Shown: one piece after another, positions 12,404-26,490 of the stretch
Layout of the letters: each line of letters starts with the position of its first letter
How positions within the stretch are numbered: position 1 is the stretch's first letter
Assembly: GCF_001194135.2 (NCBI RefSeq)
Contig: NC_068989.1
Span: 94,623,834 to 94,687,420, forward strand
Length of the DNA: 63,587 nt
Reading direction: 5' to 3'
Source of the DNA: Octopus bimaculoides
Taxonomy: Eukaryota
Notes under the pieces: generated by a model
The model's database searches: none
Told to the model about the DNA's origin: nothing
Seen by the model: only the letters and a program-made list of their open reading frames with translations
Made by a program: the position numbers and the translations under genes

Positions 12404-12627
12404 AAGAAGAGGAGGAGGTAGAGAAAAAGGGTGGGAGAAGGAGCTGACGTAGAAGAGGGGTGACGATGGGAAGTGGGGAGGAGAAGAGGGGATTGAGGAA
12501 AAAGAAGAAGAAAGTAGGAGTAAGTTGAAGAAAAAACGGGGAGGAAGGAGAAAATGAGTGAAGAGAAAGTAGCGGTAAAGAAAGAATGTGAATGGGCGAT
12601 GGAAGAGAAGCGGAGGTTGAGGAGGAG

Positions 12628-12699
12628 CAGAAGAAGAAGAAGAAGAAGAAGAAGAAGAAGAAGAAGAAGAAGAAGAAGAAGAAGAAGAAGAAGAAGAAG

Positions 12700-12728
<29 letters not shown>
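12628..12728. repeat. (AAG)n microsatellite at the end of a purine-rich tract (12410-12728)
   Basis: Direct reading. Confidence 0.97.
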
Positions 12729-12730
<2 letters not shown>

Positions 12731-13127
12731 TGAAGGACAACGAAAAGGAGGAGGCTTGTATTCATAAGTAGTAGAGGTACTTCGTTTTTCGTGTCTATAT
12801 TTTTGCTTCAGTATTTGCGTTTTGATAGATGGCTATTGAGCGTCTGTGTATTTCCTCACCGAATTACCGAAGACTGTATGTTGTGATTAGCACTAATCCA
12901 GTTTGTGTATCATTGATCAAAGACAGAATTGCGTTCCGTGACTTTAAGGATTTTGCTTTCCCAGCATCAGTTTATCTTAAATCACGCATTTTCAAAACCA
13001 AGCATTCGCTTCGAAAGCAATTTTGAGATTGTAAAGTATTTGTAAATGTCTCTATTGAAAAATAAAAGTAACGAAAGATAAGAGAACAAAAAAAGCAACA
13101 GTGGGTTTACCAATCTGTACAATGCAG

Positions 13128-13472
13128 AAGCAACAGCAGTCGCAGCAGTCGCAGCAGAAGCAACAGCAGTAGCAGCAGCAGTACTGGTATTAGTAGTAGT
13201 AGTAGTAGTAGCAGTAGTAGTAGTAGCAGTAGTAGTAGTAGCAGTAGTAGTAGTAGCAGTGGTGGTGGTGGCGGTGGTGGTGNNNNNNNNNNNNNNNNNN
13301 NNNNNNNNNNNNNNNNNNNNNNNNNGGTGTGGCTATCGGTAGTGGTGGTGTGGTGGTCTGTGGCAGTTGTGGTGGTCGGTGGTGGTGGTCAATGGTGATG
13401 GTGGTGGTAGTGGTAATAATAGAGGTGGTGGTGGTGGTGGTGGTGTTGGCGATGGTAGCAGCAGCAGCAGCA
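13128..13472. repeat. (AGC)n/(AGT)n/(GGT)n compound triplet repeat with a small gap
   Basis: Direct reading. Confidence 0.93.
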
Positions 13473-14754
13473 CAGCATCTCTTTTATTTCTCCAGAGAGA
13501 TTCGCTCTCTGCAACACTCGTTCAACTGATGATCTTCTCATTTTCTCCTACACACATCTCATACATTCAGTGATTATCCTACGAAATAATCAAATCGGAA
13601 TTTATCTGAGATTTCCCTTTGCTCTATTTCGGAATCGTAATAAGGCATTTGCCAATTCCACGTCTAGAACACTGAACAGCTAAATGAGAATCAATTCTCA
13701 ATTGTTCAAGTAACACGCATAGAAGGAATTCGTGTCATGATATCAGCGTTTGTCAGCTTGTAACATTTTATTTGACATTACTGAAATATATATGATGTCT
13801 CTTGAACACAACTACCTTCCCCATAGTAAAAAGCTGTAAAATGGCATTAATAATATTGTATGAGCTGCCTAAGAATCAAAGCATAAAATGTCTATTTAGC
13901 TGATTAGTATTATTCAATTTAATTTTGACGTGATTACGCAAACAAATGAGCGCTTCTGATTATATATTTGAACTCAATGATTACATATGCTGTATTTGAT
14001 TGATAAATCAATGTTTTATTCCAGCCGTTATTAATCCTTATATGTCTAAATTTCCCATGTGGTTAACCCTAGCAAGCAGAATGAGGGTCGAGGTAAGATT
14101 AACTTCAATTATGTCCACAACCGATGTTTTCAACATGATATCGAATCAATGTCAAACCGAAATGTAATAATCTTAGCAATTATTCTTTGAATGATCAATG
14201 TGATTTTTATTACAAATATTAATTAGAATGTCTACCAAGCTATGTAGCAAAACTTATAACAGGAAGTTATATGGAACATTTCACATGGACTATTTCATTT
14301 TCATCAAATACAAATGTTATATACTCTATGGCAATAGCGTCATATCAGGATCGAAATCTCGTCGTAGTTATCGAGATCTTTTCTCCAGATTGGTTGCTGC
14401 AACAATGAAAGGTAGCGGGCAAAGGAAAAATTGATAATGCATAAATTTATTGATTTCCATAAAATTGATTTCCATAAAATTGTTTCATGACGTTAAATAT
14501 TTCAATTGTCTTCGATTTCCATTCGTAATTATTAAGCTTGTTAAAATGTGATACTGAAGCACATGTCGTGACAGCAACAACAGCAACAGCACTCTCGTTG
14601 CCTTCTAACGGAGACACAACAGCAATAGATTATATCTCAATAAAACTTTTATTAAATCAATCGTAATTTTTAATTCATACGATATGTTATTAGGCCTGTA
14701 AATATGAAAAACCATGTCCACCCTAGGGAGCTGGGATGTATTGCAGTTTTAATA

Positions 14755-14955
14755 TAAGCATAAGGCCTTCGTGTTCAGGAGATTATGAATATAGGCTACC
14801 AGATGAAGCCCAGTACTTGGCTGATCTTATATTGCCGATATTGCAAACATAAAAAGTATGGCACATGTCGGTCAGATTTGGATGCAGAACCTGATGAAAT
14901 GTAACTAAAACAAAACATTTTGCACGATGCTCTAGCGATTCACCTCACCCGCTTC
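14755..14955 (-). mobile_element. Old, degenerate SINE family A copy
   Basis: Residual cccagtacttggctgatcttatattgccga...cattttgcacgatgctctagcgattcacctcacccgc. Confidence 0.5.
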
Positions 14956-14982
14956 CCAAAGATTACAGATATAATAATAATG

Positions 14983-15043
<61 letters not shown>

Positions 15044-15334
15044 ATCGTCCTAATTTTAAACTATATATCAGATTTCAGCATATTCTCCACCACTTCCCTT
15101 CGTATCTTAAACTAGGGACAACTAAAGAAATTAACTCAGCTAGCTTTGTACCACGCTCGTCGAAGGACCCTGAATGAAGGTGCAGGGAAGATTATGCTTC
15201 GTTGCATTCAGAATTGCACATATTCTGTACAACAGAAACATGTGTCGGTCATTGTAACCCAATAATTATGCTGTATAACGAACTGTAAAATCAAAAGAAA
15301 GATTTGATGGTGTATCAGTTTCAGTATTCTTTAT

Positions 15335-15375
<41 letters not shown>

Positions 15376-15377
<2 letters not shown>

Positions 15378-15750
15378 AGCAAATAAGTAACAAGGATGTC
15401 CAGGTATCAGTGTATTACGGCTGTTTCACGCGTCTCCATTTAATCGATCAATGCAAGCATTACATTAATCTGAAATACACCGCCTTCCTCGGATGCATAA
15501 AGCCATATAGGTTTTCACCATACATGATACATCATTATAATCTTGTTCTTTCATCAGATTTGCGAAAAAGAATTTGGTAAAAAAACTTATAATGGAGTAT
15601 CTTGTATGTTGAAAAGCTATATGGTCTGATGCATTCGAGGAAGGCGGAGATTCCAAATTAATATAATGCTTGCATTAATCGATCAAATGGAACTGCTTGA
15701 AACGGCCATAATGCACTGATAGCTAGACATCTTTGTTACTTATTTGCTTC
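15376..15750. mobile_element. Foldback/MITE-like element with about 165-bp inverted arms
   Basis: gaagcaaataagtaacaaggatgtcc...cattataa is the imperfect reverse complement of ttataatg...gacatctttgttacttatttgcttc. A partial arm recurs at about 39962-40035. Confidence 0.88.
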
Positions 15751-15837
15751 TTTTTCACCTTACTTCGAGCTGTGCGGACAATACTGAATTAAGTCCCTAA
15801 TTCAACTGAATCATAATTATTTCTTATGATGTATATA

Positions 15838-15980
15838 CAACGGGCTTCTTTCAGATTCCGTCAACTAAATTTATGCACAAAGCTTTGATCGACCCGACCC
15901 CATTGCAGAAGACATAACTCAAGGTAACACGCTGTGGGACTAAACTCGCAATCATGTGGTTAAGAAGCAAACTTCTTTCG
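15838..15980 (-). mobile_element. SINE family B head, degenerate
   Basis: cgggcttctttcagattccgtc...ctcaaggtaacacgctgtgggactaaactcgcaatcatgtggttaagaagc. Confidence 0.75.
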
Positions 15981-16784
15981 AAATAGCGTCGCCTGAAATA
16001 AATAATAACATCCGAAGACTCACACTGATCTGTACGTGTTGCATCAAAGAAACCAAGCAATAAAAGAAAACAAGATGCTGTAGGAAGTTTCTCTTATCTT
16101 CCTCCTCCAAAGAAATAGACCTACAATCATTGCCGTTCCAGCTGTGCCACTCCTGGTTTTTGTTGAGGTTTATCAAAGCTACAATACTTAATATCTTACC
16201 TTGTTTTAGGTCGCTGGAGTTGAAACGTAAGGTTTGGTTACTATTTCTAGCTGAACGACCGCTCACTCTTTGCATCTAATCTAGTAAACTCGTGATTTCC
16301 CTTTCCTTGCCGTCGTGTGGATAAGCTAAACCTCTGCATTCTCAGTAATTCAGAAAACTGAATGATTTAGCTAAAATTTTACCTTCTCCCATTTGGTCCG
16401 CTACATCTAAGAATGACAGATTGTTTTTCAACAGCTCATTCATCATATTACTTGACATAATTACATATGTTTGCTGTAAGAAAAAGTTTTCATGTAAATA
16501 AAACAAGAGATTACATTAAAACTATGATTCAAGGAAGAATAGGATAAACGATTTGCACTTCAATTTTATCATTTCCATTTTCGCTGGATGTTTCCATGTT
16601 TCTTTAATAAAGATCAAATAAGAAACGATACATTTCAGCAGTAGTAGGACAAGACCGAGAATGTTCTCTCATCAATCACTTTGCAATTTAAAGTGTAAAG
16701 TATACCAGATCTATATAAGTACAATAACTGACACAGTAGGCAGCTAAATAGCTATTAAGATAATTATTAAAAAAATACCATTCT

Positions 16785-16942
16785 ATAACGGTCGTAAGCA
16801 TAGATGTCTGATTAAGTAGTTCGGTCCCATTTTGTTTCAGGTTCAGTCCTACCGGCGTCCACTTAGAAGCGTGTCTTCTACGACAGCTCCTGGGCTGACC
16901 AAATAAATTTGGTAGACATACAAATGTGTGGAAGCCAGTCGT
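16785..16942 (+). mobile_element. SINE family B head, degenerate
   Basis: ggttcagtcctacc...gtgtcttctacgacagc...gctgaccaa...tttggtagac...gaagccagtcg followed by (GT)n. Confidence 0.65.
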
Positions 16943-17799
16943 GTGTGTGTGTGTGTGTTGATATACCTTTTTATGTAGGAAAGATTATTCTATATTCTCT
17001 ATTATATTAAAATGTTCCTGCATAGTCTCTTTTTTAATTATTATATAATCTAATTATATATGAAGTTCTCTCACCAAATTCAATTCAAATTACCGGTAAT
17101 ATTAGTAATAAAATTGATGCACAGTCAGTAGCGTAATGAATGAATGTCATTTGCTCACGCTAAATTGATAACGAAGTTTGGAATGTTAGTTTCACAATTT
17201 CTCATTAAGAACGAAACCAATTATTAGTTTCTAGCAAACGGCAAACGGAAAACGTTTAAAAGCTCCTATCGTTCAAAATTTGAAAAATAACTACAGAAAC
17301 GTGCGTGCAGTCACTATTTAATATGTGTGTGCGCGCGCGCGTGTACGTGTGTGAATACGTATGTGTGCGCGCGTGTGTGCATCTGTGGGCTCGTGTGTTG
17401 CTCACATTGATGTCTACGCACACACACAAACGTAAATATGTATAAATATGCATATCATTGTGTACATCATAGTCTGTGTCTGTATCTGGGGCTGTGTGTT
17501 TTAATTTGTACATAAATGCTTATTTTACATCTAAAAGAGAGCTACACAAACGCAACGCATGCACGCAAGGCGCACGAACGTGCATTTTATTTATAAACTC
17601 ATTTCAATATACGTTTCTTATTCACACACATACATATACGCATGTGGTCATATACGCATGTGGTCATACACATGGAATCCAGAAGTTCCGGCCGACGCAC
17701 GTTTGCAGACGCTTATGCAGGCTTACATATACATGTGAGTGTGTCCGTGTATGTATAAGTGCGTGTGAGTGTGCATGTGTATTTATTCATATAGATACA

Positions 17800-17906
<107 letters not shown>

Positions 17907-18934
17907 TATTTCGAATATGTGTGTGTGTATGTCTGTGCTTGCGTGTATGTGTGTATGTGTATGTGTGTGCATACACATTCTTACATAAGCAGCAGACACA
18001 TATAGGTGTATAAAAGTATCTTTAATATATATATTTCCTTAATTGCTTTAATAATGCATTTATTATTGAAACAAACGTGGTGCAGTCAGTTCCGTATTCA
18101 CTTCCGTTCTTTTGAATTTTAAACCGGAAATATAATTTCAAAAAAGGAAATGTCGTGCAAAGATTCCTTATCAGGCGACAGAAATACGTATTAAATTGGG
18201 AAATTTTATTTCATCTGAATTGAATTTAGATTTCATCTATAATTTCATTGATAATAGAATATGTGCTGATTGTTTCAACAGTCTATTGTTGTAATATATG
18301 TTGGAGACAACGCTGCTGGTAATTCTATTGTATTCGATAGGTCGACTTTGCCAATTCATAGTCACAGTTTTTCCATCAGAAATTGGTATCTATATTCTTC
18401 TTATAATAGTTATTGTTTTCATTTCAATAGCTGAAATTCACATTATCCAAGTTTCCATAACAGAAATTTTAGATCCATTTAAAAAAAAAATTGTGTCAGA
18501 TAATTTTATGTAGTTTATTCTTTTTCTGTGGTAGCTGGTTACGATATTTATTTTATCCTCAATTATGGTTATTACCTGACTGTAATTTTCTTGAGGAATA
18601 AAATGTCAAACACCTAATTTTTATTATATTTCTTACTTTCCCACTTCCTCTCTCCCTACCCCTCTCTCTCTCTCTCTCTCTCTGTTTTGTTTTTGTTAAA
18701 TTAAATACGGAACATATTTCATGCGATAACTACAAGTTGCATATACATGCGTATTGTGACAGTAATCTACCAAATATTTCAATATTACGATTACGAATTT
18801 TCTAAGTTAAATAATTAGAAAGCTACATGAAAAACATAGGAATTCGGATACGCGTAGGTGTATATTGTTCCGTTCAGAAAATAAAAACATTCAACAGTAA
18901 GTTTAATAAGATCACCTTATTGTGTGGCACAAAG

Positions 18935-19130
18935 TAGGAGGTGAGGTGGCAGAATTTTCTTCGTGATGAGGAAATTTGTTTATGTTCTGAGTTCAAATTC
19001 TGCCAGCGTCAGCATCTATTTTAGTTTTTCGAGAGCAATGAAATAAAGTACCAGTCAATAGCGTGTCCATGTAATCGCTTTTCCTCATATCCTTAAAACT
19101 GGTGACGCTGTACAAATCTAGAAAGAAATT
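18935..19130 (+). mobile_element. SINE family A, degenerate
   Basis: ggtgaggtggcagaa...gttctgagttcaaattctgcc...gaaataaagtaccagt. Confidence 0.7.
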
Positions 19131-21926
19131 ATATAACACAAGGGATTTGGGATAGCACAGACCTTTAATGACAGAATTTCCATTTGTGTGCGAAGTATGA
19201 AAGATTTAGAAATTTGAGACAAAATGAATATTCAAAAGATCAAAGGAAACGATCTATTTAGAATTTGATCTTATTTTCCATTCTCTTTCTCCCACATCTC
19301 TATATCAATGTATAAATGGATTTATGTGTGTGTGTATTTTTGTGTGTTTGTATGTATATATGTATTTATGTGTTCGTGTGTGTGCGTGTGTATGCGTGTG
19401 TGTAAATTCTACAGAACAACGTCGGAGAGCTTGTTTATAAAATATTTAGTAACATCATCTTACACGAAGTTTCAATGACAAAGAATGATCATCAGGTATG
19501 TACTGTAATTTATGTGATCCGATTGGATAAGAAATGGACGTTGGGATCTGCTGCATTCCGGTTTGGGTGTTCTGTCTTCATATGCAGCATAGCACATTGC
19601 AAACGGAGAGCATTGGAGAAGGAACCAATACTTCATCATCCCACTTTTCTAAGTGCAACTATGCAAGCGTATCTTGACAGGGGAAGAATTGTCCCTTCTT
19701 GAAATGAATTCTCTTCAATACGCTGCATAAAGACGAGGCCTTCAGTGTTGCTCCAATATCCAAATGGCTTATAACATGAATCAATACATTCTTATAACTA
19801 TAACCGTTTCCTTTCTTCTGGGTGACGCAATCAGTTAACGAACACAATATGAATAGATGTTTTTGAATTTCTTTTCTCTATGCTGGCGCGAGGCAAGGTT
19901 TTCTTTTATTCAGCGGGACAAATAACATGGCTATAAAATACGATGTCAAAATATAGGGGAAATCATGATTCCAAAATATTCTTAACTGTAATTCTAGTCG
20001 TTATCTAAGAAATAAATTATTTCTACATCTCTTTACCACTAATGTAAAATGGAAATACAGTAACAGATTTCTTTTTTAGCTTTGTTATTGATTAGATCTA
20101 GCATAAGCCTAACGAGCAATTAGGCACTGATTTTGAACAGAAATACATGTTCAATGTGTTTTCTCTTGAAATTGTCTTGTTATCGTTTCCTTCTAATCTA
20201 GAAAAACAGTTTCCAGTGTTTGATAATCGCTTCTTGTTAGAATTGTGTCAGTAATAGAACTATTGTCAGCTAACTTTGAAAAACGTCGAGATGAGTTTTT
20301 GTTAGTCACACATATTTTCAGAATCCAAATTTACGCAATACACAATTTCCACTCTCCAATATATACAGTGAATATAAATTCCTTTAAAATTTGTGTTTGA
20401 AGAAAGGTAATTACTCATTCGGTATGGAAGCCAAACAAGCTACATTTGTAGAAATAAAGATTGCTCATTGAGCTCTAATTTACGGAGGTGTATTGAAATT
20501 TTAGAGACCGAAAATGTATAGTTGAATCGTTTTACTTCGAGTAACAACTGACTAGCAGAACAGTCATTAAGTCTTTTGATACTGGCACATCTGAGACAGT
20601 CTACATTTCTATAATACGAACTTCCTGTCTTAAACTGAACTAAATTAAAAACTTCCATGTAAATGTCATCCTAATTTATTTTCCAAACATTGATTTCATA
20701 CTGACAAAGTTAAGTCACAAAATGTTTCATTGTTTCAAAGCTTCATGGAAACGGAGGCGGTGTATTTCAACAGAAATATAGTAACAAAAGAACTAACATC
20801 AGTGAGAACACTAATAATGTTTAATTATCTTTTTATGAATAAATGAATCCGGCTGCTTTGACCTAACTGCTTTGATCAGTTCGCTTATCAAAAGATACGA
20901 ACCAGGAGTCCTGCAGTTGGTAGTCAGACAGACGTTTTAATTAGGTTATTCTGTAACGTATTATATCATAGCATGCTGGACATGAAAGAATAAGAAATGC
21001 AGTTCTCAAAAGTCAATTAAAAAGCTACGAAAGGTAATGTAATTTTTTTCCTTCACTGAAATACCATAGCCTCCGACCTATTTGTCTTTTGAAGAATAGC
21101 TTCTAGTTTGAATTAATTTATTACACGCCAGATCCTAAGCCAAATCCCCAGTCATGTAATTTCATTTATGTTTCCGTGCCGGATAATGCCATTGTGTATT
21201 TTACTTCAATTGGCAAGACATTATCTAATTCGCCTTACTTTTCCGTACAAATGTATTCATACAATTAATATTGCACGTTCATCGATAAATAAACATCCGA
21301 ATACATGAGATTTTCAAATACAAATGTAGTTACAATGCATTTGCTTTAAATGAAAATATCATTTGACAAAATAAGTTAGTATTTCGAACTGTTTGTAAAT
21401 CATAGCATGAAATTCTGAAATATAATTTCAAATAATAGTGTACACACACCGTAACAATTACACAATGCAACATAAACTATAAAAAATCTGGTCTTTCGGA
21501 GAAATGTCCAACTGGATCGTTAAGAAATAAATCCTAATATTTCCTTTTAGACAGATGTTTCTATCATTTATTTATACTGAATAATTTTAGACGTAACTTT
21601 ATGAGTCCATGCATATACATAAGAATATGTATAGATAGACCCACACACATTCACAATGTTTGTTTCTTCCTGTTCAGGCGTTTGGTCAGCAGGACCTGTA
21701 GCTTAAATATCTCGTCTGCACACAGCATACAGTTACTGCCGTGACTATTTCGTCTTTGTAAACTATACTAAATGCACTTATATAATTCCATACTTCAAAT
21801 TCAGTTTACATGTTTTCCTCAAGTATTATAGCTTCTCATACATTATATTAGCCAGTATTCTGACTGTGTCCTCCAATCCGATTTCATAAAACCCCTTTCA
21901 TATACTATATGCACACACACACACAC

Positions 21927-22003
<77 letters not shown>

Positions 22004-22104
22004 TGTTTTTGTGATGATGTGTGGGTGGGGCGATTCCGTTTATGCAAATGTGGAATAGATTATTTAGAATATTAACCACGACAAGCATTATTAACTATCC
22101 CTCG

Positions 22105-22438
22105 TAATATACTGGCACGCCGTCGATTGCGACGACGTTTATTCCACTTGATGCCATGAATGGAACAGCCTGCTCATGAAATTAAGGTGCATGTGGCTGA
22201 GAACTCCACAGACACGCGTGCACTTAATGTAGTTGTCAAAGAAATTCAGCTTGATACACAAGGTGACAAGGCTGGCCCTTTTGAATTACAGGTGCAGCAC
22301 ATTTTTGACAGATGAGTCTACTGGAGCAACGTAAATTAAAATGTTTTCTTGCTGAAGGACACAAGGCACCGTGGAGAATCGAACTCGCGACCTTTCAATC
22401 GTAAACCAAATACTTTAACCACTTAACCATTCGCCTCC
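22105..22438 (-). mobile_element. tRNA-derived SINE family C (CORE-like domain)
   Basis: Reverse complement of the 32814-33128 element: head ...gagttcgattctcc, tgtgtccttcagcaagaaaac, aaagggccagccttgtcac. Confidence 0.8.
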
Positions 22439-22844
22439 CTTTATAATATATTGACTGAGTTTAAGACACCTTAGTTATCATATCCACTTAATTTTGCAGC
22501 GATAGTATAAGGTAATTAACTTGTACGAACATAGCTAAACCTGATCATGCCTCTTAATATATACGTTAATCGGATAATAAATAATCCGTTATGAATAACA
22601 TTAATTATGAATGCTTATTTTTAGAGTTTGACTTATAATTTTTAGAAAGAAACAAATATTTGATCATTAATCATAAAAACTCAGATTGTGTTCTTATCGA
22701 TTAACGATTGTCTCTACAGTTACATATGTAATCTCTTCCTTCACTCTGTTTGTGTCCATCATTTTCTCTTCCCCCTCCGCCAACTCCTCTTTGATATTCT
22801 ATGTCATAATGCGGAATCTCTCTTTCATCTTTTATATTTTATTA

Positions 22845-23028
22845 AATTTAGTCACTGGACCCTGGCCATGCAGGAGGACCGCATTAAAGAATTTAGTGGA
22901 ACAAATCGACGCCATTACTGAATTATAAAACCTGGTAGGTACTCTATCGGTCTGTGTTGCTAAGTAACGTGGAAGTAAACAAGACAACACTAGTTATCAA
23001 ATGGTGAGGGGACAAACGCAAACACTCA

Positions 23029-23030
<2 letters not shown>
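22845..23030 (-). mobile_element. SINE family B 3' half
   Basis: ggccatgcaggaggaccgc...acaaatcgac...actctatcggtc...ggggacaaac then (GT)n; homologous to 49415-49570. Confidence 0.7.
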
Positions 23031-23095
<65 letters not shown>

Positions 23096-23843
23096 TATTG
23101 TTTGTGTGTGTGTTTGTGTGTGTGTACAATGGGTTTCAACTCAAGGCCATCAGTTCTGAATCGTACGTCTTAACCAATTAACCATTCCCAAGAGAAAGAA
23201 AAAAAAAGAATCAGGTATATATTTTTCAAGACGTGATAATATTGATCAAAATAAAAGAGAAAAATAACTGCAGCTTATTTGAACTACCTACTTAAAGGTA
23301 GATTGTAATGCGTCTTTAAGTTTATTCCAGTATATTTTGATCATACATCGGCATAAATATTAAAAATATCAGAAGAGCAATATACGAAAAAAATTCAAGT
23401 ATTTCTTGATAGTTAAAGTTAATTATAATTTGAATATCTTTAAGAAGACGATTGTATACGTCTTATTAATTTTCTGCCTATCGTATCACTGAACTGAATC
23501 CTGCTTTGATTTAACACCGAATATTAAATGGTTGTCTCTCTCTTTATTTATTGAAATGTATTCGATGAAACTGAGATGCTGAAAACATTTAGATTCTGTT
23601 TCGTTATTATTTCTCAGATATCAGAATTTAATGGCGTGTTCATACGAGGAACAATCTATAAATGTGCTATAATAAATACAATTTAATTCAGTAAAACAAG
23701 TTTTCGGCAATTTTAATAATATATATGAAAAGACATTACTATAGAAAACGTAAATGATAAATGATCACGGTTATTTTCACAAAAAAAATCTTATTTCTAT
23801 TTGTTAACATCACGTAATAAAATCATGAGCAGATGTTCGTTCC

Positions 23844-23881
<38 letters not shown>

Positions 23882-24084
23882 TGTGCGTGTGTGTGTGTTT
23901 GTGTGTGTGTGTATGTGTGTGTGTGTGTGTATGTGTGTGTGTGTGTTTGCATGTGTGTACATCAATAAGTGTCTAATTTTCTAAATATGGGCACAAATAC
24001 ATATTTGCATATACACATGTAGACACACACATATACAACTTTAAATATAAATGTGTGTGTGTCTGTGTGTGTATCGAGGAAGAG

Positions 24085-24107
24085 CTAGGTAGATAGATAG
24101 ATAGATC

Positions 24108-24169
<62 letters not shown>

Positions 24170-24218
24170 CGGATAGACAGTTTTACACATACAATATATA
24201 CACGCATGTATGTATATA

Positions 24219-24261
<43 letters not shown>

Positions 24262-24451
24262 NNNNNNNNNNTATATAGAGAGAGAGAGAGAGAGAGAGAG
24301 TGAGAGAGAGAGAGAAGGATGATATATATCGAGGGATAGATAGGTACTTAGATAGATAGCTTTACACATACAATACATGCGCGCATGCATATGTATATGT
24401 ATCTATCTGTCTATCTATCCATCTATGCACATACACACACAAACATACACG

Positions 24452-24527
<76 letters not shown>

Positions 24528-24560
24528 GATACATGTACATATATGCCTATTCATATATAT
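24085..24560. repeat. (GATA)n/(TA)n/(GA)n/(CA)n/(GACA)n compound microsatellite
   Basis: Direct reading. Confidence 0.95.
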
Positions 24561-24745
24561 TCAGATACATATAATGTATGTATGTACTCTCAATGCAATA
24601 AACATTTATACACATATTCACAGCGCATCTACACACATTATAATACACCTATATTTAGTTTATATTATATATGTGTGACGGTATGTGAGCGGGTGTGAGT
24701 GTATATATTGAAACTATGTAGTATATATACGTATATACATATACC

Positions 24746-25411
24746 TGATATGTTGTGTGAGTGAGTATGCGTGTGTGTGATTATAGACGTGCGTGTGGTG
24801 TTTTTATTGTGAATATATTCATCGATTAGGAAACAGAATATTTACAATATAAAGGCTTATAGAAATATATACACATAATATATAGATACACGTGTGTGCG
24901 TGTGAGTGTATGCGGGGGTATGTGCACGCGCGAGTGGGTGTGCGTGTTTGTGTGTGTGTGTGTCTATGTGTGTGCCTGTGTGTGTGTCTATGTATGTGCC
25001 TGTGTGTGTGTCTGTGCTTCGAGAATACATAAAGCGAGATAATTATACATATAGGTTTTTGAATGGAACACATACATTCAGGTAGAAAACATCAAAATAT
25101 TTATTATAAAGATATAATTACCAGCGTATTCACACACAATTCCTGTGCGTATATTGAAATGTATAAATGTCTGCAAAATACCTGAATGCCATCTTGTACG
25201 TGTTCCTATTAACGAGCAGAGCGAATACGCTTGATTACCCAAACAGCTTTCCTTCTGATCACGAACAGTGAAAAGAAGCTGTCTGTCTTACTGTGTTTAT
25301 TGGTACTCAGTGTTGTCGACAAATGAAATGTTGCCATACACCTACTTACACATAGACACTATGTATGTATGCCTATGTAAACTTGCATGTATGTCTGTGT
25401 GCGCGTATGTA

Positions 25412-25450
<39 letters not shown>

Positions 25451-26212
25451 AGTACATACATATACATACAGGTACATTTGTATATATTGTATATATATGC
25501 ATGTATGCAATACACATACATCGTTGAACTATCAATCGCAAAACATATATTTTCAGACATATTAGATTTAACTTTAACGCTCCTCACCAGAAGTAAGCGC
25601 AATTCCAATAGGCCCTCTTCCTTACGTTTGGTAACTTAATCAGATTCTATTTTCCCTCTATAATTTTCTGTATAGAATGTTGTTTTTCGTGAATATAATT
25701 TCATATTCTTGTGGTCTGTAATGAATGATTTCTTTTTGTTCTTTTATTAAACATAATATATTCTTCTGCAATGGCTAGTTTGCGTTACGTTGTTTTATAT
25801 ATGTAAGACATTATTATGTTCGGTGAACGATCGGCTGATCATAGAGCAGTTATATTTTCTTTTTAGTTGCATATAAATTTATATGTGGCTGTGTATTCCT
25901 ATTTTCTGTCATTTTTGGAGACACACGTGCGATTAAAGGAAGGAATTTCAACATTATGATCCTTCCCAATCCATATTTCACTGATTCCTCAGATGACAAA
26001 TGTGATATGTTGTGTGAGTGTGTATGCGTGTGTGTGATTATAGACGTGCGTGTGGTGTTTTTATTGTGAATATATTCATCGATTAGGAAACAGAATATTT
26101 GCGATATAAAAGCCCATAGAAATATATACACATAATATATAGATACACGTGTGTGCGTGTGAGTGTATGCGGGGGTATGTGCACGCGCGATTGGGTGTGC
26201 GTGTTTGTGTGT
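24746..26212. repeat. About 210-bp direct duplication (24746-24955 and 26003-26212)
   Basis: tgatatgttgtgtgagtg...attatagacgtgcgtgtggtgtttttattgtgaatatattcatcgattaggaaacagaatattt...gcgggggtatgtgcacgcgcga is repeated at offset 1257 with a handful of substitutions. Confidence 0.9.
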
Positions 26213-26221
26213 GGGGGGTGT

Positions 26222-26252
<31 letters not shown>

Positions 26253-26254
26253 TA

Positions 26255-26320
<66 letters not shown>

Positions 26321-26334
26321 CGCGCGCTATGTTT

Positions 26335-26490
26335 CAAACGGCCAGGCTTGTCAAATTTGTGTAACGCTGAATCTCCCTGAGAGCCAAGTTAAGTTTATGC
26401 GTGTCAGAGTTCAGCCAGTTGCACGTTAGTTTCATGAGCCGGCAGTTTGCCTGATCGAATCAACTGGAATACTCGTCGTCACAACCGACA
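26335..26490 (+). mobile_element. SINE family C 3' fragment
   Basis: ggccaggcttgtca...cgctgaatctcccctgagag...gcacgttagtttcatgagc...actcgtcgtcacaaccgac. Confidence 0.75.

Noticed and set aside
19659-19847. F-box-like peptide KNVLIHVISHLDIGATLKASSLCSVLKRI on the minus strand
   Set aside because: It lacks the LP start and the conserved W, has no usable splice donor and stops shortly after; compatible with chance.
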